From contig NC_057752.1 in assembly GCF_004010195.1 (NCBI RefSeq), positions 15,395,031 through 15,459,030 on the forward strand: 64,000 nt of DNA, written 5' to 3'. The translations under genes were made by a program, and so were the position numbers. Source of the stretch: Chiloscyllium plagiosum. Lineage: Eukaryota. This document shows, piece by piece, positions 36,466 to 48,617 of this stretch. Below the pieces are notes generated by a model. The model saw nothing but the letters and a program-made list of their open reading frames with translations. It had not been told where the DNA came from and searched no databases. Numbering within the stretch: position 1 is the first letter of the stretch; every line of letters starts with the position of its first letter.

Positions 36466-36971
36466 TGGTGGAGAAGAAAAAGTCACAGAGAGTGCCGCAA
36501 ACCCGCTCTTTGAAAAGTACCTTTGTCATATGAAAATCTGTGCAGCAGGAACCCAAAGACGGACCCAGGGACAGTCAGACACCTTCCCCTACTTTAACAT
36601 GGCTAGATGTTGACTCTGATGTTCTCGGTACATGAGTTGATCAGAGAGAATGAAAGGATTCTCGCTCTTGCACGTCAGCAATTCAAACCTCATCTCGGCT
36701 TCAGGACAACGAGAAAACTCGGGAACAGACAAGTCAATGAATGGCTCGAAGGGAGGTGGACCCCTGCTAGAGGAGTGCTAGTTCCCGGTGACATGGATGT
36801 GTCTGCAGAGGGTGGACAACTGTTGTCATGTCTCCACAACGAATGTCCCAGTCTTTATTTTGTCAGAGTAAAACTGATGGCGGACAATAGTCATTTCGGA
36901 AGGAGCAAGCTGAAGCTGGAATTCGCTAACAGTCTGCTTTAGGGGATCGTTAAAGGTAGGGAGTCTTGGCA

Positions 36972-37045
36972 GTTTCTGCGGTGCAGTTGATCACCGCCCT
37001 CGGTTGTTAAGTGCAAGGTTAACGCTTCGAGACAACCCAGGGACG
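36972..37045 (+). pseudogene. tRNA-Asn(GTT) pseudogene
   Basis: GTTTCTGCGGTGCAGTTGATCACCGCCCTCGGTTGTTAAGTGCAAGGTTAACGCTTCGAGACAACCCAGGGACG, 74 nt, ending in the tRNA-Asn signature ACCCAGGGACG. Confidence 0.8.
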
Positions 37046-37189
37046 GCTATCTCGCCGCTTTTACTTAACTCTTTTCTTTCCTGCGCAGCTCCGGGCTTTT
37101 AATGAGGTCAGTAAAATGTTCCCCAAACAGAAATCTTTTTCGAAACCACAATAGAGTTTCTGTAATGGTCAACGCAAAGGACTATGGTG

Positions 37190-37365
37190 TTGGAAATCTG
37201 AATCGAAAACAGAAAGTACTGGGGAATCTCAGCAGGTTTGGCAGTACCCGTGTGAGAAAACGGAGTTCTGATAAAGTTCTGAAACGTTGTCTCTGATTCT
37301 CTGTCCACAGGTGCTGCCTGACCTGCTGAGTTTTTTCCCCTGCAATTTCTCCACCTGTTTTCAGC
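37190..37365. mobile_element. Old palindromic element of the hammerhead family
   Basis: Inverted arms around CTGATAA-AGTTCT-GAAA-CGTT. Confidence 0.6.
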
Positions 37366-37482
37366 TGATTTCCATTCCATCCATCGGGTCTGATTGAATA
37401 CAAATGAACCCAACAATGATTCACTGTCCCTCTGCTCTGCAGAGAGAGAGAGACCTTGGAAGGCACTCCTAAGGCGGGTCTT

Positions 37483-37555
37483 TGTCTCGTGGCCGAGTGA
37501 TGAAAGTCAGGAGTTTCAAAGCGTTCACACGCAGTTTTGAAGCCTGCCAATTGTG
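37483..37555 (+). pseudogene. tRNA-Ser pseudogene (internal deletion)
   Basis: TCGTGGCCGAGTGA (A box)...CGCAGTTTTGAAGCCTGCCAATTGTG; positional paralog of 31978-32059. Confidence 0.65.
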
Positions 37556-38786
37556 GCTGAGTGTGGAGTTTGCTTCCGATTTTCTTATTGGCGTTGGGAG
37601 TCCCTTCATCGAGGTCATTAATGGTGCAAATCTCCAGCGCACTCACTGAACACCTCAAATGCACACATGCATTGCCAACTTTGTTTGAACCTATGAGCCA
37701 AGTGCTGAGAAATGAGACGAGAACAGTACAATCTTGATTGGCCAAAAGACATTTTCTGTGCCGGAGACAATTTTGACCAGCTGCAGTGAGCTTCGATACT
37801 GAAGTGTAAGGACAACATTTGCAAAATATCACTTCCATGAAGAGGTGGAACCGACTCTTCCCTGATCTCTCTGCCAGATATGGGATCCTTAGAGACATGA
37901 GGATTGGGGATAACTGGCACAGAGCACATTCCTAAGAATTAGTCTCTTGAAGTTTCAGGAAGACAAAATCCTGATAAAATGCCAGCTGTGTGCAAGTCCG
38001 TCGCTTCTCAGTACCCTGTGTATTACATTCCCTGGCCCTGCATTCCAGATAAAGATAAGATTCACAAACTGCTTGTGGTTGTACCAAAGCGGTCCTTACT
38101 CTCGAAGGTCGGCGCTCAGAGGGAGCTAGAGGTGTGACAGGGACAGAAGCAGAAAGAGCCTTGTGTCAGTTGTTTTTCGCGAGGAGCGTTTGCCGGCCTC
38201 TAACCTGTCAGATTTCCAGGAGCAGCAGTGATTGAGTCAGTGGATTTTGGGGAATTGGAAGTTACACATGAGCAGAGTGTGGGACTATTTGAGGTCGCTG
38301 TGCCGTTCATATCCCAGCTCACTGCAACAGCTCACACTGCCTGGAAAAGTGGCTTGTGTTCCACCCAAAGTTACGTTTTGTTGGAGCAACTGGTGGACGT
38401 GAAGCACCTGGAACGGGCAGAATCCCTGATATCTCTGCCCCTGTCGGGTTTTGTGTCCTCTGTGGGAGAAAATGAAGATGGATTCCTCAAGTGGATTCCA
38501 ACACGTGTCAAACTTCAATCCAGTTGTGTGCAATTTCAGTTCATGCGGATAATCTTACTGATATTTGCCCTGAAGATATCAGAACATGTAACAATATGGG
38601 CCCAAATGGAAACTGGGAATAAAATAGATGGATGCCTATGAGCCACACTACACGATGGGCAGAATGGTCTTTGTCCACGCCGTAGAAACTGGAAGACAGG
38701 GAGAAAATGATCTGCAGCGAAAATCATCATAATCTAAAAGGCAAAAGCAACTTAATTTCGGAAAGAGACGAAACCGTCTGTCACCT

Positions 38787-38858
38787 TCTCTGATACTCTG
38801 CTGATTATGATTCAGTGGGCTCACCGCTGCGGCTTGGGTTTGATTCCCGTTCAGGGAA
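38787..38858 (+). pseudogene. tRNA-Glu(CTC) pseudogene
   Basis: 72 nt ending CTCACCGCTGCGGCTTGGGTTTGATTCCCGTTCAGGGAA; gapless alignment to tRNA-Glu(CTC). Confidence 0.82.
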
Positions 38859-39539
38859 TGGGAGGTTTCCTCTGTTCGTTTGTCATGTTTACAGCATTCC
38901 TGAAAAAGGAAATGACGCATGTCGCTCAGAAGTGTTCAATTTTTGTTGCAAACATGATTCAGGTTAACACAAAGCAATGAACTGCGGATGATGGAAATCT
39001 GAATCAAAAACAGAAAATGACAGAGAAACTCAGCATCTGTGGAGAGAAACAGAGTTAATGTTTCAGATTGACAGAAGCAAGTCGGTTGTGTATTTTTGTG
39101 TATTTCAATGTTATAATGCTGGGGACATGATTCGTTTTATCTGTGCAATCAGCATATTTATCAAAATTTCTCATTAGCTGACAAACGTCACCATTACAAA
39201 TTTAAGCGAACTTTATTGGCTGTAATGCTGCTTCCGTTGTCCTGAGTTGATGAAAGACAGTGCTTCAATGTTACATTTTTCTTTTCCTTTCTGTCAGTGA
39301 GCAGCCATATCGAATGGAGAGTTCAGTGTCTCCATCAATACATGTCTCCATTTGTCTCTCTTTGTCTCTGTGAATCCACCTTATACTCTTTCACATTCTC
39401 TGTCTGTCTGTCTGTCCATGTCCATCATTTACCATTACTGCTCTTTGAAAAGTCTGACATTCGGGGAGTGGAATTGCTGAGGAGCTTTCTCATCAGCCTC
39501 GCTGGAGTGTGTCGAACTGGGCTCACATTCTCCGGAGAG

Positions 39540-40570
39540 AACAAAGAACAAGGAAAACAAAGAACATTTACAGGTCAGGAACAAACCCTTCGGCCCTCCA
39601 AGCCTGTGCCCATCCAAATCCACTGCCTGAACCTATCGCCCAATTCCTAAGGATCTGTATTACTCTGCTCCCCAGCAACTCATGCGCTGTCTAGACCCTA
39701 AATGGTTTTGCAGAACTCAATCTGTTGCCCATCAATCTCCTTTTGTTGATGAAAACAATCTTAAGCTACTCAACCTCTCTTCATAGCTAGTACCTTCCAT
39801 CCCAGGAAACATCCTTGTAAATCTTCTGTGCACACTCTCTAAAGCGTCCACATCTGTTTGGCAAAGTGGCGACCAGAACTGTACACAATATTCTAAATGG
39901 GGTCGAACCAAAGACCTGTACAATTTTAACATGCCCTGCCAGCTCTTTTACTCAGTACACCGTCCGACGAATTCAAGCATACCATATACCTTCTTAAGAA
40001 CTCTACCCATATGTGCAGCAACCTTCAGGGTACAATGGACTCGTACTCCAGATCATTCTGCTCATCAACGTTTCCCAAGGCTCTTCCATTTACATTATAG
40101 TGCGCTTAAGAATTAGACTTCTCCGCCCAACTGTTCAGCCTATCTATTTTATCCTGTATGCTTTGACAGTACTCTCTGCTTTCTGCTACTCCAGCAGTCT
40201 TCATGTCATCTGCACCTTGCTGCTACTAATGCCATCTTCCAGATCATTTACGTATATCAGAAGCAATAATGGCCCCAGCACTGACCCCGGGGAACACCAC
40301 TGGTCACCTTTCTCCATTTCGAGAAACGACTTCAACCAGTATTCTGTATTTCCTGTTGCTCAATCAGTCCTTTATCCTCCCAGCTAGAACACCTTGCACA
40401 TCATTTGACTTCACTTTCTCCATCAGTTTGCCACAAGGAACCTCATAAAACGCCTGACTGAAGTACATGTATATGACATCTACAGCCCTTCCTTCACTTT
40501 CTCAAAGAACTCTACTAAGTTGGGAAACACGATCTGCCCCGCACCTATCACTGATAAGCCCATTGCCTTC
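39540..40570 (-). mobile_element. CR1 LINE 3' portion
   Basis: LYRSLVRPHLEYCVQFWSP and a (TTCTTTG)n-like tail at ~39540-39565. Confidence 0.88.
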
Positions 40571-41978
40571 CAGTGAATGTGTCTGCCACTTGGGCCTGAG
40601 CTCAGGAAATATTTCTTCCTCAAATTACTATGAGATTTTACAAAACTAAATAGAATTCATAATCCAACAGAAAAAAAAGTCACCACAATTATAGAAGTAA
40701 AATGTTGTCTTTGCTGTCGGTGTTAAATGAATGAACGGTGACAGCAAGAGAATGGGGGTGATTAGCTCAGGGTGTCTGTGCCATTAGCACAACATTACCC
40801 GACAAGTCTGAAGTGTCTCCTGCCTCAAATCGTTATTCCCAAGAAACTGGGAATGAAAGAATGTGAATAAAAGAGGAGGTGAAGCAATAACACTTGCGGA
40901 AAAGAGAAAGGCATCTTCATTTTGAATTCGCCGGAATCAACCTTAACTGATGGGGGCGACGCAGTCGGCGGGAGTAACACCAAACGGCAACAGGCTGAGT
41001 TGTTTTGTTCGAGGTGGTGGATCAATGGAACAATAGATCTCCTGCTGACAAGTGAAATGTTTTAGCCAATTAAGCTACAGCAGCACAGGCTGGATGCTCT
41101 TTCCCATCCACATGAGCAATACCTTAACCTCATGAACTCAGAATATTTGTTCTGCATCAAAGTTCCTCATTGAGAATTGCAATCAATCCCCGCTTTAGCA
41201 GACACAGACAATTCACGATAGATTATTCTGCACTGAAAAGGCACAGGAAAATCCCATCTCCTCTTGCATTGATTTCAAGCTGATATTTTCAACTGTTTAA
41301 ACTGACCGGATAAAATGGAAGTGTTCATCCTATCGGGGCCCATTTCCCACGTTAACACACACACAGTGAACCTCATGCCAAGAGGACATTACGATGAATT
41401 GGCCAGGAGGGTGTGTGAGTCAGTGTAAACAGTGGGCAAAAAGACTAACTCATCAGCACTGACACTGAGGCTTGTGCCACAGCTCCTGCCTCATGCGAAC
41501 CAATCATCATTGCCTTTCACTTTTATGTCACTGTCCCTCTCTACTTCTCAACTCGTTCCTGACCAATTGCAGGTGTTCGATAAGAACCTGCAAATTTTGG
41601 CAACGCATTCCTGGGATATTGTCGTGTCTCAATTTACTGCCCATTACTAATTACGCCACAGGTGGGCGGTATGAGTTACTTTCCCGAACTTTTAAAATCA
41701 TGAGCGCTGTTTGCAGCCATGATGCAGTTAAGGAGGGAATTCCAGGATTTATACCCAGCGACACTGATGGAACTTCGAGATATTTCCAACTCAGAATGGT
41801 GAGATGATTGGAGGGGAATTTCCGTTAGTCGTTTCCACGTGTATCTGCTGCAATTGTCCTTCGAGATGGATGCAAACAGTCACAGGACTGATTCTGGCAG
41901 GAGCCGGGTGTGTATTCTATGTGCAACCAGGAATTCGTTTTCACTCAGATAATTCAAAAGAAGAAAAATAGATCTTCA

Positions 41979-42045
41979 TTGTCTGACTGGGAATTGCATC
42001 CAGGTCTGGGCGATGCAAACACGGATTCCTAAGCCGGGTCACACC
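41979..42045 (-). pseudogene. Highly decayed tRNA-Glu relic
   Basis: Minus strand TTAGGAATCCGTGTTTGCATCGCCCAGACCTGGATGCAATTCCCAGTCAGACAA aligns without gaps to the 3' 54 nt of tRNA-Glu. Confidence 0.5.
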
Positions 42046-43169
42046 CCACCCCCGCTCCCAGTGATGCTGACAGTATGTCTTGCTCCATGACTTGCACACA
42101 CTCGTGTTCCTCTCCTTTCCGTCATTACCAGCTTCGGCAGCAATGTTTCTCTCTCCAAGTTTCCAAACAGTTCATATGATCGCCCTTTCAATGTGAGAAA
42201 GCTGATCGTGATCATAGGATGTTGTTCAGCAGATGATTTGCAGGATGGTGCAAAACAGGCTGATGCGAACAGCGGAACTTTGTTGAGATACTGTGTCACT
42301 GTGAATGTGTGGAACCAACAAAGGCATCGTTCAGCTCGTATAATTCTCGATCCCTCACCCGAAATGTCCAAAGTTTTCTCGTCGAAGTTGTTCAGGTTCT
42401 TCACTGAAAGAGACCATGACTCAAAGTATGAAGTACATTTCACTGGTGTTCTTCATGAAATCGCGAATGACGAAATGAAACTATGGAAACGTCCATCAAA
42501 GGAGGAGGTGAGCCTGAAGCAGGCACCTGAGGGCAACATTTTCTCCTTTGCCAGAGAAAGGCAATGCTTCACAAAATGGGGACTATTGAATGGAAGCAGT
42601 GACAGTGATTGTCTTTGCTGGTTGTTCTCCTTCTGAATGTTCTTTCCCATCGATGTCCATCTTTACATAACATAAAGACAAGCTGTCAAGCGCAGAAATG
42701 CAGATTCGGCTAAGGGCGGAATGGATAACTTTTCTGACTTCAAAATAGGTAATTATAAATACTATTCTTCCCTGGCTCTTTTGCAATGTGAGAGATCGAC
42801 ATTTGTTTGTAATGTTCTCAGGATTGGGAGGGAGTGTATTGGTCCCTTGCAAGTCATTGCCAGACAGGTGCATTGTCAGATTCTGAGGAGTTTCAGTATT
42901 TGTATCACTGTGTTTTCGAATTTGGAAGACGCATTTGGGTCAATTTCAGTCTGTTGAAGTGGTTTGTGTTCCACCTAAAACTACCTTGTGTCAGAGAAAC
43001 GTGTGTGTGAGTGTGGAGAGCGGAAGTGAAGCACAAGGAGCTGGTAGTCTTGGGGGCTGTGTCTGTGTGTGTTTCTAGAGTTGAAAATGGAGATGGGTCC
43101 CTCAAGGGGATTAGAAAAGTATGAACATGCCGAACTGCAGTCCAATTGATGTGTCATTTGGGATCACAG

Positions 43170-43475
43170 ATTAGACTAGATTCAGTACAGCGTGGTAACA
43201 GGCCCTTCAGCCCAAACACGTCCACAACAACCTTCTGAAGAGGAACCCATCCAGACCCATGCCCCTGTTCTATATTTACCCCTTACTAATATACCTCAGA
43301 CTATGGGCAAATTAACATGATCAATTCACCTGACCTATATATCTTTGGACTGGAAGAGAAAATCCGCGCAGACACGGGGAGAATGTGCAAATGACACACA
43401 GTCGCCCAAGGTGACAATCGATTCCAGATACCTGGTGCTGCTTCGCAGCAGTGGACATCATTAAGCCCCGTGCCA
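43170..43475 (-). mobile_element. Older HE1-type SINE with CACAG at both flanks
   Basis: Degenerate V-domain and tail; absent from the paralogous position near 38545. Confidence 0.82.
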
Positions 43476-43722
43476 CAGGGATAACCTGACTGATATTTCC
43501 GCTGGAAACATCAGAACACACAATTGTATGAGCCAAAGCTCGAAACTGGGACTAGAATAGATGGATGTCTGATGAACTGCATTGCACGATGGTCTGAACG
43601 GTCTTTTCCTACTCTATCCAAACTCGAAGACGAGTAAAAACAAATCTTCAGAGAATATGGCCAGAAATGAAAAGGCAACAAAACGGTTTATTTGAGAATA
43701 AATAGGACAGATTCTGTCGTCG

Positions 43723-43794
43723 GCCATTGTAATCTTGTAGTTGGAAGTCGAACTTCTCAGCTCCACGTCACAGGTTTTATTCTCGGTCAAGGGA
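43723..43794 (+). pseudogene. tRNA-Glu(CTC) pseudogene
   Basis: CCATTGTAATCTTGTAGTTGGAAGTCGAACTTCTCAGCTCCACGTCACAGGTTTTATTCTCGGTCAAGGGA; positional paralog of 38787-38858. Confidence 0.65.
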
Positions 43795-44544
43795 CCATTG
43801 TTTTGTTCGGCAAATACATAGTGGCAAGTGCATTTTGGACTGATTTTTCGAAGTTGTCAGGTTTTATCCCAAACGTTGTTAAGGTTAACACAAAAAAAGG
43901 TGCAGATACTAGAAATCTGAAACAAAAAAACGAATTATTGGAGAAACTCAGTAGGCCTGGCAATACCTGTGGAGAGAAACAGAGTTAATCAATGACAGAA
44001 CCAGATTAGTTGCACAGTTCTATATTATAATGCCGGGAAAATGATCAGTTTTATCTGTCGAGTCAGGAAATTTGTCAACATCTGTAATTAGCTTTCAAAT
44101 GCCAATTTAACAAATTCAGAATAACCTTTTCGGCCATAATGCTGCTTTTGTTGCCTGAGGCAGTGAAAGGCTCTGCTGAAATGATTACGTTTTTCGTTTC
44201 CCCCTGTCAGTTAGCAGCCATGTCGAATGGAGCGTTGATCCTTTAAATGTCTACATCAAAATGTGTCTCTACGTTTCTCTCCTTGTCTTTGTGCATCTAC
44301 CTTATCTCTTTCACATTCTCTGACTCTCTGGATGTCCATACCTCTCATTTCCCATTTCTGCTCTGTGGCATTTTGAGAGTGGAGCTGCTGAAAGGCGTTC
44401 TGTCCACACACCCCCACCCAGCTGGGTCATGCAGAACTGGGCTGGCACTCTCCTGATGTGTCGATCACTTCAAAGTGAGGTAAGGAGACAATTCTCCTTG
44501 AAATTTCTCTGGAGATTTGGAGGCTGAGAGGTGACCTTATAGAG

Positions 44545-45335
44545 TCATAGTCATAGAATCATAGAGATGTATAGCATGGAAACATACCCTTCAGTCCAAC
44601 CGGTCCAAGCTGACAAGATATCCCAACCCAATTTAGTCCCATCTGCCAGCACACGGTCCATATCCCTCCAAACCCTACCTATTAAAATACAAATACAAAT
44701 GTCTCTTAAGTGTTGAATTGTACCAACCTTCACCACTTCCTCTGGCCATTCATTCCATATATGTACCACTCTCTGCGTGAAAACGTTGCCCCACAGGTCT
44801 CTGAAGTATCTTTCCCCTCTCACCCTAAACCTATGCCCTTTAATTCAGGACTCCCCAAACCCAGGGAAAAGACTTTGTTTATTTACCCTGTCCATGCCCC
44901 TCAAAACTTTGTAAACGATCCAGGGAAAACAGCCCGAGTTTGATCAGCCTCGCCCGATAGCTCAAATCCTCCAACACGGTCAACACCCTTGTCAACCTTT
45001 TCTGAACCCTTTCAAGTTTCACTACATCTTTCCGATAGGAAGGAGACCAGAATTGCACGCAATATTTCAACAGTGGCCTAACCAATGTCCTGTGCAGCCG
45101 CAACATGACGTCCCAACTCCTGTACTCAATATTCTGATCAAAAAAGAAAGCATACCAAACGACTTCTTCACTATCCTATCTACCACTTTCAAGGAGCTAT
45201 GAACCTGCACTCCAGGCTCTCTTTGTTCAGCAACACTCCCTAGGGCCTTATCATTAAGTGTATAAGTCCTGCTAAGATATGCTTTCCCAAAATGCAGCAC
45301 CTTGCATTTATCTGAATTAAACTCCATCTGCCAGT
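44545..45335 (-). mobile_element. CR1/HER1 LINE 3' portion inserted in a plus-strand CR1 fragment
   Basis: LVRPLLKYCVQFWSP and FTQRVV motifs with a (CTATGA)n tail at ~44545. Plus-strand CR1 pieces lie at ~44512-44544 and 45340-45575. Confidence 0.88.
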
Positions 45336-46354
45336 TCACGAGGGGAGTGGATGGTGGAAATAGAAAAGGCATTTTCCCTGAAGGGAGAAAATCCAGAGCT
45401 TGAGGGCATACCTTTTGGGGGAGAGGGTAGGATAAATGAGGGACCAAGATGACAGCTTTTTTCACGCAGAGGATCGTGTGTACGTGGAATGAATTGGCAG
45501 AGGAAGTGGTGGAAGATGTGACAACTGCAACATTTGGAAGGCATCTGGATCCGCATGTGAACAGAAAGGGCTCAGACTGGTATCTGCCTGTGCTGTTACC
45601 ACAAATTTCTGTGGCAATTCTGCAGTGTGTCCTGCCTCACCTGGTTATTCCCAACAAACCGGGAATGAAGAATAGTGATTGTGGAACAGTGGAACAAAAC
45701 TGCAGGTTCAATTAATAATTAGGAAGAAACGCCATTCACTGGTGAACCTTAACCAGTGAATAGAAGCGGAAACATAAAATCATACCAAGCAGATGCTCAA
45801 AGAGGACGCCTAGTCGCTTGATCAGCAACACACCACTTGATATAAGTTAAAATAACGACCAGTCTACATAATAAACATTAGGGATTTAACTCACAAACCC
45901 CCGTTGATTACTTAAGTATATTAAACAATGCAGCCCTGGCGTCATACAAAAAGCGCAGCTCCTCATCCATACGTGCAGTTCCTTAACCACTTGATCACAC
46001 AACCGGAAATGTGGTTTCTGCATCAATGCAGCTTCGTGAGCATTTCTATCAATCCCCGCTTTTGCAAAGACAGACAGTTCCCAGCTGAACACTCTGCACT
46101 GAAAATGCCCAGCAATAGACAATCACCTCTTGCATTAGCTTCAAACTGCCATTTTCATCTCGTTAAACCATCTGGTAAAAGAGGATATGTTCATCCATTT
46201 GGGGTCCACTATCTCCTTTAACACAAACACAGGAAACCTCCCAACAGGAGGAACAGGGTCATCGTGTGAAATTAAACTGACGGGAGTTTGAGTCAGTGTA
46301 AACAGTGTGAAATAAAAATTTAGAGATGCCAGTGTTCGACTGGGTTTGACGAAG

Positions 46355-46720
46355 TTGGAAATCACACAATACCGGGCCACCGTTCAATACGTTTGTTCTG
46401 AAGCACAGTGCTGCTTCTTTACCGGGTGGTTGTGGATCATAAGAACATGCAACGCAGAATTTAGAGCAAATGATTACAGTGTGAAGCCAGTGAAATGATA
46501 TACTGAAACAAACTGGATTGTTTGTTCAGTCTTTCATCTTTTAGAATAACCATGTTAGTTTCAGTTCTTTCATACCAGAGCTTTTTTGAAGTGAGTTTCT
46601 CAAGTTAGCTTTAATGATAGGTTTCATCTCAGCTCAGTTACTTCATTGACGGCGAACAGGTAAAGTCTGCCTGCGTCCCAATGTTCTGTTGCGATAAAAG
46701 CTGATGGTTTCCTGCACAAT
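46355..46720. mobile_element. Decayed Penelope-like terminal sequence
   Basis: AAATCACACAATACCGG...GAAGCAC...GCTGCTTCTTT...GGTGGTTGTGG resembles shark PLE termini (from memory). Confidence 0.4.
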
Positions 46721-47069
46721 AGGTTTCAAGATGTCTGCACATAGCCAGCGAGGTTGTGACGCAGGGCCCCATTGCCGTGATACTGTGGGACGTCCTAATG
46801 TGTTGGCTTTGTACATATTTGGAGGGCAGTAGAAATCACCTTCGTGAGAATTACGTACGATGAGGGACGTGGGGAACTCTGAAGGACTGGATCAAATGGC
46901 CTGATCAATGTTTGTCATTCATGAGTGATCTCTTTGTTTGGATCAGATGTCAATTACTTGTCGTGTTCCTGTTTGTTCAGTTGTCAGCACAATTCCATGC
47001 AGTAATCTATCGCAACATTCCAGATTTCTGACGCAGTACCCACGGACGAGTCCAGCAGAGAACATTATT

Positions 47070-47335
47070 TGTCATAGTGGACGTTTCAGCACTCCACACC
47101 AGCATCCCCATGATGGGTAACAGCCTCAGTACTCAATACCAACAATTACCAATCTCTGAGCACGGTCCAGCAACTCATCCGCGTCATTCTAGATGACAAC
47201 GTTTTTGACAAACAGTTCTTCATCTCGACTCATGAAACAGCGATGCGGACACAGTTGCACCCCCATACGACAACATCTTCATGCACCGGTTCGAACAACA
47301 CTTCCCTGTACAAGAACTCCAACAATCACTGTCCA
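47070..47335 (+). mobile_element. Penelope-like reverse transcriptase fragment
   Basis: VDVSALHTSIPHDG...TASVLNTNN...QLIRVILDDNVF...THETAMRT..AP.YDNIFMHRFEQ (PLE RT motifs DV.SLYT.IP and G.AMG..AP..AN.FM). Confidence 0.8.
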
Positions 47336-48617
47336 CCTTGTTGACTTTTTTTTCAAATCATGAGGGATATCGATAGATTGGACAGTCATGTTCTGGTAAA
47401 TGCGATGTGTTCTGGCAATGGGCGTCCTTCCTGTTTTACTCCTCGTAACATATTGCTGAACAAACGCGGGTAGGAGTCAATCATTTTTTACGTCAAAATA
47501 ATTTCCGAAGTGATTATGTTGTCCCTCCAAACCGCCGCTCTCCTCCATCTCTGCGAGTCACACATCAAATTCCAATTCATCCATTCACATAGACTTCTAA
47601 CTCTACCAAAACACAAAACCTCCTTTCGGTCCCTCCTCCCAATTCCCCGTGGCACTGCAAAATCTAACAATGACGTTCACATGGAAACCATTTAGTCTGT
47701 GCCACTGGAGACCCTGTTGCTGGTATCTTCAAGCCACGTGATTCATTGAAGTACTGTGGTCGTGAGATCAATCCTCATGTGCTGATTTTATTGACATGGA
47801 CAACAGATTATTGAAGCATCAGGATGTGGAAAACGACACTGAACAGTATTGAGGAAAAGAGACTTTATTTGTAAAGAACAATTTTTGTCTTTCTACATCA
47901 TTTATTTCATTTGTTCATTCGGTTCTCACAAGGGCATTTTGTGGAGTGCTGCAATTAACATTATAGCAGGGATATAATAGCTGTTTAAACGGCGCATAAG
48001 TGATTGACCAGGACTATGTTTGGGTTGAAGAAGTTGGGTTGTGAAGACAAATTGCACATATATGGGTGGTTTTTCACAGAACACTTAGAAATTGAGGGGA
48101 GGCATGATTGAGATGGACAAAATAACGAAGTGTTTTGATTGGGAAGACTGAAAGAAACATCTCCCCTCGATAGAGTGATGGATGACCAGGGAGCCATGGA
48201 TATAACCACAGAGGCAGAAAGATTTCAGTTGATGTGCAGAAAACCTTCATCAGCCAGCGATCGCAGAGGCGGAAACACACAGAGACTTAATAAGTATGCA
48301 GGTGTGAATTGGTGATGCTACCGGACACAGGGCCAATTGGTGGAAAATTAGATGAGGATAGTCACTGGTTTGTTTTGACAAGACCACACACGTGGATGTT
48401 ACAGCATGGCAGTGAACCCCTCTGCTAATTAAACCAAACACACAGTAAAGCTCAACTCGCCTCGTGATCTGTTAAAGTATGAGTGACAGAGCACTAGCCA
48501 AATTACAATGCTGGTAAAGTTTTAATCTTTAACTTAAAAAAAAGCATTGAACAACCATTTACAAACGTAAGGCTCATCTCCCCTAAAGATTGACTCTCTA
48601 CCTCCCATCTATAACAA

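Larger units (their letters stand above)
34125..36570 (-). repeat. Duplicated block Y1 (inverted copy of 50385-52920)
   Basis: Shares the tRNA-Asp relic, the Penelope fragment, unique DNA (e.g. ACTGATGGAACAGATGT) and the same CR1-ORF1 junction with 50385-52920. Confidence 0.85.
36555..39003 (+). repeat. Duplicated tRNA-module arm B
   Basis: Carries Asn, Ser and Glu relics in the same order and context as arm A. Confidence 0.88.
42870..46345 (+). repeat. Duplicated module copy C (direct copy of ~38200-41470)
   Basis: Collinear matches, e.g. ATCAATCCCCGCTTT at ~41182 and ~46048, and GTTATTCCCAA.AAAC.GGGAATGAA at ~40832 and ~45644. Each copy has different LINE/SINE insertions. Confidence 0.85.

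Noticed and set aside
42193..42636. 147-aa ORF with a good donor site GAG-GTGAGC near 42507
   Set aside because: No recognisable protein similarity and no neighbouring exons; cannot be supported without expression data.
48397..48616. TGTTA...TAACA-bounded 220-bp segment suggesting a solo LTR
   Set aside because: No target-site duplication, and the right end coincides with the 5' junction of a LINE, so the terminal match may be chance.
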